64,000 nucleotides of DNA from Candidatus Kapaibacterium thiocyanatum (GTDB lineage Bacteria; Bacteroidota; Ignavibacteria; Kapaibacteriales; Kapaibacteriaceae). The number at the start of each line of letters is the position of its first letter. Position 1 is the first letter of the stretch. The position numbers and the translations under genes were made by a program. This document shows, piece by piece, positions 10,736-18,112 of this stretch. Under the pieces are notes generated by a model. The model saw only the letters and a program-made list of their open reading frames with translations. It had not been told where the DNA came from and ran no database searches. The stretch spans positions 287,702 to 351,701 of the forward strand of contig MKVH01000002.1 of NCBI GenBank assembly GCA_001899175.1. The letters are read 5' to 3'.

Positions 10736-12607
10736 ATGTTCACGATACGTCAACGTATACGGTACTCCGTCGATAACCTGTTCTCGCGCGGTACGGGAGC
10801 GATGCTCTTCGCGCTGTCGGCAGGTATGGTCATCATCATCGTCAGCGTCTTCATCGTGATGGTGATGCTCGGTACGCGTCCGGGTGACGACGCTACGTCG
10901 CTCGACAGTTTGTGGACGATCTTCATCTATACCTTCGATCCTTCGGGGGTGCCCTACAACGAAGGGGACTGGTCGTATCGCATCCTCATGTTCATGGCGA
11001 GCTTCGGCGGTATCATCGTCCTTTCCACGTTGATCGGCATCCTGGCCACCGGTTTCACGAACATGCTCGAGACGCTCCGCAAGGGGAAGTCGCTCGTGAT
11101 CGAAACGAGGCATACACTCATCCTCGGCTGGTCCGAACAGATCTATTCCATCGTCCATGAACTGATTCTCGCCAACGAGAATCTCGATGAGGCCTGTGTC
11201 GTCGTCCTCGCCGAGAAGGACAAGATGGAAATGGAAGATGCGTTGCGGGCACGCATTCCGGAGACCGGTGTGACGCGCATCGTCTGCCGGTCAGGATCTC
11301 CGCTCGATATCACCGACCTCGCCATTGTACGTCCTGACGAGGCACGTGCCGTCATCATCGTGGCGCCCGACGACATTCAGGACCCCGATGCCGTTGTCGT
11401 GAAGATCCTGCTGGCCCTGCTCAATGCACCGGACGTTGGGACCACGCGTGGTACGGTCGTGGCCACGATGCGCGACGAAGACAACATCCAGGTGGCCCGC
11501 ATCATCGCCGGTGAGCGGGCCCGGCTGATTCCCGGCGAGCTCGTCATCTCCCAGATCATCACGCAGACATGCCGGCAGCCGGGGCTCTCCATGGTCTACA
11601 CCGAGCTGCTCGACTTCGGTGGCGATGAACTCTACATCCATGAAGAACCCGCGCTCACGGACAGGACGTTTCTCGAAGCACTGTCGATGTACGAGGATTC
11701 CACACTGTTCGGGCTCCGAACGGCCGAAGGCCGCATCCTCGTCAACCCGCCGATGGATACCATCATCGGCAGGGGTGATGCCGTCATCGCACTGTCGAAG
11801 GACGACGATACGGTCGTGCTGCGTCAGGGCACGGCACCGGCCGTCGACGCTGCGGCCATCGTGACGCGCGATGCGTCGCCGCGCCATGCCGAGAACATCC
11901 TCGTGCTCGGATGGAACGAACGCGGCCGCTTCATCATGCGGGAACTGGATCAGTACGTCGCGGTAGGCACGAAGCTCCATCTGATCGACGACGAGGATCA
12001 CGAAGCGGCGCTGGACGATCTACGGCGGGACGTGAAGAACATCATGCTGGGAGCGACCATCGGTACGACGACATCACGTGCCGTGCTCGATGCCGCGAAC
12101 GTTCCTTCCTTCGACAGCGTCATCGTCCTTGCCGACACCCGGCGCCCCGTCCAGGAAGCGGATGCCCGGACGTTGATGACGCTCATCCATCTGCGCGACA
12201 TCGCCGCCAGGCATGGCAAGGACATCAACATCGTCACGGAAATGCTCGACGATCGGAACCGTGCCCTCGCCACGATGGACAGCACGAACGACTTCATCGT
12301 CAGCAACAAGATCACGTCCATGCTGCTCACGCAGATCGCCGAGAATTCGGAACTCTACGACGTCTTCCGCGATCTGTTCGATGCTCAGGGCAGTGAGCTC
12401 TATCTCAAACCGTCGGGCGACTACGTGCTGCCCGGCAGGGAGGTGAATTTCGCCACGGTCGTAGCTGCCGCAGGACGCCGCGGTGAGATCGCCGTCGGGG
12501 TCAAGCGATACGTCGGTGACAAGGCCCAGGTGCGGGTCAACATCCCCAAATCGGAATGCCTGACGTTCCGGCCCGGCGATATGATCATCGTTCTGGCCGA
12601 GGACTGA
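10736..12607 (+). CDS. CASTOR/POLLUX-like ion channel with tandem RCK (TrkA-N) domains
   Basis: 623 aa. Two N-terminal TM helices and a pore-like region, then RCK-like segments (TLILGWSEQIYSIVHEL..., ENILVLGWNERGRFIMREL...). Confidence 0.6.
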   Translation: MFTIRQRIRYSVDNLFSRGTGAMLFALSAGMVIIIVSVFIVMVMLGTRPGDDATSLDSLWTIFIYTFDPSGVPYNEGDWSYRILMFMASFGGIIVLSTLIGILATGFTNMLETLRKGKSLVIETRHTLILGWSEQIYSIVHELILANENLDEACVVVLAEKDKMEMEDALRARIPETGVTRIVCRSGSPLDITDLAIVRPDEARAVIIVAPDDIQDPDAVVVKILLALLNAPDVGTTRGTVVATMRDEDNIQVARIIAGERARLIPGELVISQIITQTCRQPGLSMVYTELLDFGGDELYIHEEPALTDRTFLEALSMYEDSTLFGLRTAEGRILVNPPMDTIIGRGDAVIALSKDDDTVVLRQGTAPAVDAAAIVTRDASPRHAENILVLGWNERGRFIMRELDQYVAVGTKLHLIDDEDHEAALDDLRRDVKNIMLGATIGTTTSRAVLDAANVPSFDSVIVLADTRRPVQEADARTLMTLIHLRDIAARHGKDINIVTEMLDDRNRALATMDSTNDFIVSNKITSMLLTQIAENSELYDVFRDLFDAQGSELYLKPSGDYVLPGREVNFATVVAAAGRRGEIAVGVKRYVGDKAQVRVNIPKSECLTFRPGDMIIVLAED

Positions 12608-12663
12608 ACCGGCCGTTCTTCCGTATTTTCGACGGCATTTTCCGTCATTACCGATCGAACGAC

Positions 12664-13119
12664 ATGTCCGCCGTCAGAACTCATCTTCTCGCCTTCGTCA
12701 TCATCGTGATCACCCTCGTGTCCGGATGCTCCAAGGACGACTTCCGGGGCACCAGGCCCGACGAGACGCAGAACGCTCTCACCGTTTCCCAGGCCGTCGA
12801 TCCCGTGAACTATGGGCGTACGATCCGTGTGAGGGGAGCCATCGACGCCATCTGCCAGGAGGAAGGCTGCTGGATGGTCATTTCCGACGGCTCGAAGAAG
12901 TTGCGCATTTCGTTCAAGGACGAGGCCTTCACCGTTCCCATGAAGCTGCAGGGCCAGGTTCTGGTGGAAGGTACCGTCAAGGAGGAACTGCTCGCCGAGG
13001 ACGTGGCCAAGGCCATCGGTCCGACGATAGGGAAGTCCGACGCCGAGATCGCCGCAATGAGCGGTGACCAGCGCATTCCCCTCATGACCGCCACGGGCGT
13101 GCTGTTCGACATCCAGTGA
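12664..13119 (+). CDS. DUF4920-like lipoprotein
   Basis: Signal peptide with lipobox LVSGC. The 12556 ORF start is probably an over-extension. Confidence 0.5.
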   Translation: MSAVRTHLLAFVIIVITLVSGCSKDDFRGTRPDETQNALTVSQAVDPVNYGRTIRVRGAIDAICQEEGCWMVISDGSKKLRISFKDEAFTVPMKLQGQVLVEGTVKEELLAEDVAKAIGPTIGKSDAEIAAMSGDQRIPLMTATGVLFDIQ

Positions 13120-13129
13120 AACTTCGACG

Positions 13130-15343
13130 ATGAGCCCCCGTATCGCCAGCGTCTCGACGACGCATCTCGATACGGGGGCATTCAGGGACGACATGATCAA
13201 ACTGCCGGACGATCCATCGACACAACGCTCAGTAGCGACGACACTGATCATTTCCGGCGTCGTCCTCATGCTCGTGCGCATGGTGCTTGTCCTGTTCTGG
13301 AGCGTCATCGGCGGTCATCCCGTCGCCTCGAACATCTGGATCGAGATCGCCCTCGCACTCATGAGCGATCTCGTGCTGGCCTGCATCGTCGGCGTCAGCG
13401 TCATCTATTTCGGCCGACGTGCGAACAACGAAATGTCGTACGAGACCATCGCCGGTGCCATCACCACCTATGCCGTTTCTGCGCTCGCACTGCTGCTCGT
13501 GGCCGCACTCCTGCCACCCGACATCGAGGCTGGCAGACCGATCGGCGTCGTCGACCTCATCATGTCGAACGTCATCGCGCTCGGGACCTTCACGATCTCC
13601 ATAGGTTTCGCTGGCTTCCTGACCCAGGTATTGCTGGCACGACGTCATGCCAAGACGCGTATGCTGCTGCTGGTGCAGTTCTTCCTGTTGCTCTGCATCT
13701 GGCTCTGCGAGGCACTGGATTCGTACAGCAGCTTCTTCGGCATCCTGGGATTCCTCCTGACCGTCGTCGGCGCCATCGTGATGCTGATCAACATCCGCCG
13801 CCTTAACTGGGTCGCGGGCATCACCATGGACAAGAAGATCCGTCTGCTGTGGCTGACGGCATGTGGAGCTTTCGCGGCCCTCATCCTGTCGCTGACCCAT
13901 TCGTTCGGAGAAGAGGCTGCCGTGACGGAATCGGCGCAACTCTTCATCCGCAGTGGAGCCGTCCTGCCCTATACGATCAACTTCTTCGGCTTCGTATTCT
14001 TCGTCCGCCTGCTCTTCGCCATCGTGGCATCACTGCCCAACAGCGGAATCGTGGATCGCCGTTCCAACGAAGTCGAATCCCTGGCCTATCTCACGCGTCT
14101 CATGGCCGAAACGGCCGACGTGGAGCAACTGCTGACGTCAGTGACGCAGTTCGCCCTTCGCGTATGCCGTGCCCACGGTGCGTGGTGCGAGACCTACGAG
14201 GACGATGGGGAAGTCCGCGTGATCGCGGCCCAGCTCGTCCATCCCGACTACGTACGCGCGCTCCATTCGAACCGTCAGTTGCACCGTCTGCTGCAGACGT
14301 CCGAGCGGCCCGTGCTCATCGAATCCGTCGCCGACCATCTTCCCGAAGCAGATCGTTCCCTCGCGGTGCGCTCCCTGATCGCCGTTCCGCTCGTATCGAA
14401 CCATCACCGTACCGGTACGCTCGTCATGTTCAGCACGGTCGAGTTCGGATTCGAGGCCGACGATCTGCGCCTCCTCACGGCATTCGGCGATACGATCAGT
14501 ATCGCCCTCGATCAGGCCCGTCTCATGGAGGCGGCCATCGAGAAGGAACGGCTGCAGAAGGAGTTCGACGTGGCCCAGCGTATCCAGTCCTCCCTCCTGC
14601 CCGTCACGGCGCCGTCGATCGACCGGTTCGCCGTCGACGCGATCACCATTCCGGCTACGGAGGTCGGCGGGGACTACTTCGACTACGTGCGCTTCGCCAA
14701 CGGCAGTACCGGAGTCCTCATCGCCGACGTGTCAGGCAAGGGTATTCCGGCCGCCCTCTACATGGCCACGCTCAAGGGAGCCGTGCTTGCCGAGATGCGG
14801 TATGCGACGGGTCCGGCCGACCTGCTGCGTCGCATCAATGCTGCCCTGTTCGGCTCGATGGAACGTCAGATGTACATCACCATGGCCTGCATCTCGTATC
14901 ATCCCGATTCGCGTTCGCTACGTGTGGCACGGGCCGGACATACCCCGGTCCTCGTCCGTACGGGCGAGGACGTCCACGTCCTCACGCCGCGGGGCGTGGC
15001 CATCGGCATCGTTGGGCCCGTCATGTTCGATGCGGCTCTCGTGGAAGAAGCGTTGATGGTTTCGGACGGGGACATCTGCCTGCTGACGACGGACGGCGTG
15101 AACGAACGTCGCAACGAACGTCTGGCCGAGATCAGCCTGGATCCCGTCGTCGAACTCATCCGTGCCCAGTGCGACAGCACGGCCTCCGATATCGTGAGGG
15201 CCACGCTGGAACTGCTGGAACGGCATGCCGACGGCGCGGAACAGCACGACGATCTCACCATCGTCGCCATCCGTTTCGGAGGGGCGAGTGAAACCAGAAC
15301 GCATCAGGAACGTATTGAGGTCGTTACCGGAGTATCAGCATGA
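13130..15343 (+). CDS. Membrane-anchored PP2C/SpoIIE-family serine phosphatase (RsbU-like) with multi-TM N-terminal region and GAF-like domain
   Basis: ~8 predicted TM helices, a central GAF-like region, and a C-terminal PP2C signature EVGGDYFDYV...LIADVSGKGIPAALYMA...LLTTDGVNE. Confidence 0.8.
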   Translation: MSPRIASVSTTHLDTGAFRDDMIKLPDDPSTQRSVATTLIISGVVLMLVRMVLVLFWSVIGGHPVASNIWIEIALALMSDLVLACIVGVSVIYFGRRANNEMSYETIAGAITTYAVSALALLLVAALLPPDIEAGRPIGVVDLIMSNVIALGTFTISIGFAGFLTQVLLARRHAKTRMLLLVQFFLLLCIWLCEALDSYSSFFGILGFLLTVVGAIVMLINIRRLNWVAGITMDKKIRLLWLTACGAFAALILSLTHSFGEEAAVTESAQLFIRSGAVLPYTINFFGFVFFVRLLFAIVASLPNSGIVDRRSNEVESLAYLTRLMAETADVEQLLTSVTQFALRVCRAHGAWCETYEDDGEVRVIAAQLVHPDYVRALHSNRQLHRLLQTSERPVLIESVADHLPEADRSLAVRSLIAVPLVSNHHRTGTLVMFSTVEFGFEADDLRLLTAFGDTISIALDQARLMEAAIEKERLQKEFDVAQRIQSSLLPVTAPSIDRFAVDAITIPATEVGGDYFDYVRFANGSTGVLIADVSGKGIPAALYMATLKGAVLAEMRYATGPADLLRRINAALFGSMERQMYITMACISYHPDSRSLRVARAGHTPVLVRTGEDVHVLTPRGVAIGIVGPVMFDAALVEEALMVSDGDICLLTTDGVNERRNERLAEISLDPVVELIRAQCDSTASDIVRATLELLERHADGAEQHDDLTIVAIRFGGASETRTHQERIEVVTGVSA

Positions 15344-15702
15344 GCCAGAAATCATTTTCCTCTTCAGCAACCAAACGGGAACGCGGTACCTGCGTGATCG
15401 AACTTGCAGGCTATCTCGATGCCCATACGGCCACGGAGCTGGAAAACATGATGCAGTCGGTGATCAACGGCGGCTGCCGTCGCCTTGTCATCGACTTCTC
15501 CGATCTCGAATACATCAGCAGCGCCGGTCTGGGCGTCTTCATGGTCTTCATCGAAAGCGTCCGTTCCGATGGCGGAGACATCAAGCTCGCCGCCATGAAG
15601 CCGAAGGTCTTCACGGTCTTCGATCTCCTCGGCTTCCCGGTCCTGTTCGAAATCCACGCAACCGTCGACGAGGCCATCGCGGCCTTTCCGCAAGAAGCAT
15701 GA
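15340..15702 (+). CDS. STAS-domain anti-sigma-factor antagonist (RsbV/SpoIIAA-like)
   Basis: 120 aa. Phosphorylatable Ser context DLEYISSAGLGVF. ATGA overlap with the upstream phosphatase. Confidence 0.8.
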   Translation: MSQKSFSSSATKRERGTCVIELAGYLDAHTATELENMMQSVINGGCRRLVIDFSDLEYISSAGLGVFMVFIESVRSDGGDIKLAAMKPKVFTVFDLLGFPVLFEIHATVDEAIAAFPQEA

Positions 15703-16139
15703 GCAGGGCAGCACAACATCGCGATACACTTCGCGTCGCCGCGACCACGGAAAACCTCCATGTCGTGCGTGACTTCGTACGCCTGCGCATCGGCGAGCTC
15801 GGCTTCTCCGATTTCGAGGAGAACGGCATCATCCTTGCCGTCGACGAGGCTTGCTCCAATCTCATCCGTCACGCCTATCACAACGATCCGTCGCAGACCA
15901 TCGAAATCGCCGTGACGATCAGGCAGGACTCCGTATCCGTGAATATTGCCGATACGGCCGAAGCCTTCGACCCGTGCCATGCGCCATTGCCGGACATGAC
16001 CGACTATCTCGAGGAGCGCCGCCACGGCGGTCTAGGCATCCTGATCATGACGCGCGTCATGGACGATATCGCCTACGTTCCGGCCGGCGAAAGCTGCCAC
16101 CAAAACATGTTGATCCTTACGAAGCGTCGCACTGCGTAA
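15699..16139 (+). CDS. Anti-sigma regulatory factor, HATPase_c serine kinase (RsbW/SpoIIAB-like)
   Basis: EACSNLIRHAY, GGLGILIM motifs. ATGA overlap with the STAS gene. Confidence 0.75.
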   Translation: MSRAAQHRDTLRVAATTENLHVVRDFVRLRIGELGFSDFEENGIILAVDEACSNLIRHAYHNDPSQTIEIAVTIRQDSVSVNIADTAEAFDPCHAPLPDMTDYLEERRHGGLGILIMTRVMDDIAYVPAGESCHQNMLILTKRRTA

Positions 16140-16150
16140 TTTTGAGGGAT

Positions 16151-17224
16151 ATGAAGTATCTCCTCATGCTCGGCGGCGTGGGCCTCGGCCTTCTTCTGGG
16201 GTTCATGCCCTCAATCTCGCGTCCCAAACCGATGTGGTGGCGCATCCTGACCATCGCAGCGGTGACGCTGACCGTCCTGTTCTCCCTGCTGCCGCCCATC
16301 GGAGGTACCCTTACCGACGTCATGATGGCCTCGCGTGCCGATTCCACAAAGGCGGTGCCGTTCTATGCCGTCGTCGAGGACGAAGTCGCCCCGAAGGAAG
16401 GTGGCGCAGCGCCCGACATCATGCTGCGTGACGCACGCGACAGCCGTATTTCCGCCGTCCTGAGCGCCGATGCTTCCACCGTGGCGGCATTGCGTGCGAA
16501 CAAGGGCAGGAGCGTGATCGTCAACGTACGACGTGGAGCCAATGACGTCCAGCTCGTGGCTGCACCCACCAATACCATCGTCGCCGTCGAACCGGCCATC
16601 ACCCTGCCCTACATCATGGGCCTGGAGGAACGTGCACGGATCATCTTCTTCCACGTACCGATGTCGTGGACGGCTGTCGTGGCCTATCTGATCGCCATGA
16701 TCTTCGGCATCCGCTACCTCAGGAGCCGCGATCTCGCCCACGATGCCGCCTCGGCCGCAGCGGCCGGCGTAGGAACCCTCTATTGCATCCTGGCGACGAT
16801 CACCGGTGCCGTATGGGCCAAGTTCAACTGGGGCTCGTTCTGGAACTGGGACCCCCGCGAGACATCGATCTTCGTCCTGCTCCTGATCTACTTCGCCTAC
16901 TTCCTCCTGCGTACGTCGATAGACGATGATGAGCGTCGTGCACGTCTTAGCAGTGTCTACGGCATCGTGGCCTTCGTCACGGTACCGTTCTTCATCTTCA
17001 TCCTGCCTCGGCTGCTGCCGGGCCTGCATCCGGGAAGTTCGGACGATACCACGGCCGGCCCGCTGCTGAGCCCCAAGTCCGAGGCGATCAACCCGACGAA
17101 ACAGGTGGTGTTCGCCTTGTCGCTCATGGCATTCACCCTCATCTATTTCTGGCTCATGAACCTGCGTCTGCGTGCTACGAACCTCGAACGCACGATGGAG
17201 CAGCAACGTCTGGAGAACGTATGA
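16151..17224 (+). CDS. ccmC: Heme exporter protein CcmC with ~160-aa N-terminal extension
   Basis: C-terminal two-thirds carry the CcmC WWD region (WGSFWNWDPRETS). The N-terminal part has TM helices plus a soluble segment. Confidence 0.8.
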   Translation: MKYLLMLGGVGLGLLLGFMPSISRPKPMWWRILTIAAVTLTVLFSLLPPIGGTLTDVMMASRADSTKAVPFYAVVEDEVAPKEGGAAPDIMLRDARDSRISAVLSADASTVAALRANKGRSVIVNVRRGANDVQLVAAPTNTIVAVEPAITLPYIMGLEERARIIFFHVPMSWTAVVAYLIAMIFGIRYLRSRDLAHDAASAAAAGVGTLYCILATITGAVWAKFNWGSFWNWDPRETSIFVLLLIYFAYFLLRTSIDDDERRARLSSVYGIVAFVTVPFFIFILPRLLPGLHPGSSDDTTAGPLLSPKSEAINPTKQVVFALSLMAFTLIYFWLMNLRLRATNLERTMEQQRLENV

Positions 17225-17370
17225 TCGACTTTCTGACGAACAATCCTGCCTACGTCGTTCTTACCGCCGCGCTTCTGATATGGTCGGGCATCGCATGGTA
17301 CATCATGCGTGTGGACCGGAAGCTCGGCCAACTCGAAGCCACCGCAAAGTCCGAGAAGGGACGATCATGA
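17221..17370 (+). CDS. ccmD: CcmD-like small membrane protein (49 aa)
   Basis: Not in the ORF track (<60 aa). MIDFLTNNPAYVVLTAALLIWSGIAWYIMRVDRKLGQLEATAKSEKGRS. ATGA overlaps at both ends place it exactly between ccmC and ccmE. Confidence 0.5.
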   Translation: MIDFLTNNPAYVVLTAALLIWSGIAWYIMRVDRKLGQLEATAKSEKGRS

Positions 17371-17756
17371 AACCACGCTATATCATCGCCGCCCTCATTG
17401 CCGTTGCCCTCCTCGCCGTCGGATACATGGCCCTCGATTCGAGTGCCATCGAATACGCCGACGTCGACAAGGCCGAACGTATGGGCAAAACCGTCCAGGT
17501 CGTCGGTACCTGGGTCAAGGAAGAAGGCATGTCCTACGACAACGTCTCGAACATCTTCCGCTTCACGATGAAGGACGAGCACGGCCGCCGCATTCCCGTG
17601 GAGCTGGCCGGGCCCAAGCCGAACAACTTCGAGATCGCCGTGAGCGTCGTGGTCAAGGGCCGTGTCGAGAACGGAACCTTCATGGCCTCGAACGTCCTCA
17701 CCAAGTGTCCTTCCAAGTACGAAGGACAGCCTGCCGAATCGATGAAGGCTTCATGA
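17367..17756 (+). CDS. ccmE: Cytochrome c maturation chaperone CcmE, CxxxY variant
   Basis: TM anchor plus OB-fold. C-terminus FMASNVLTKCPSKYEG aligns with E. coli ILAKEVLAKHDENYTP, with Cys replacing the heme-binding His. Confidence 0.75.
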   Translation: MKPRYIIAALIAVALLAVGYMALDSSAIEYADVDKAERMGKTVQVVGTWVKEEGMSYDNVSNIFRFTMKDEHGRRIPVELAGPKPNNFEIAVSVVVKGRVENGTFMASNVLTKCPSKYEGQPAESMKAS

Positions 17757-18112
17757 TGTTGCGTCGCATCATCATCATCGTCGCAGTCCTGACCATTCCC
17801 GTCGTCATCTACATCGCAGCCCAGTACGGACGTCTTACGGAAACGACGTTCGCAGGCGCCATCACGGCGACGTCGACGGGTGGGGAAGGCGATCAGGCTC
17901 CGAAGGTCATCATCGTCACCACCATCGACAACCCGGATGCGGGCGATGGCTACATGACCGGCCATGACGGTTCGGGACGTGCCTTCCGCATCCAGTACAC
18001 GGGCTCGGTTCCCGAGCAGCCTTTCTCGAAGGGCACGACAGTACGATTCGTCGGCCACGTCCACGGTGCCGACGACGGATATTTCCATGCTACACAGGTA
18101 TACGGCAAATGA
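17753..18112 (+). CDS. CcmE-fold paralog (membrane-anchored OB-fold protein)
   Basis: 119 aa. N-terminal TM helix, C-terminus ...TTVRFVGHVHGADDGYFHATQVYGK. ATGA-coupled to both neighbours. Confidence 0.55.
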   Translation: MMLRRIIIIVAVLTIPVVIYIAAQYGRLTETTFAGAITATSTGGEGDQAPKVIIVTTIDNPDAGDGYMTGHDGSGRAFRIQYTGSVPEQPFSKGTTVRFVGHVHGADDGYFHATQVYGK

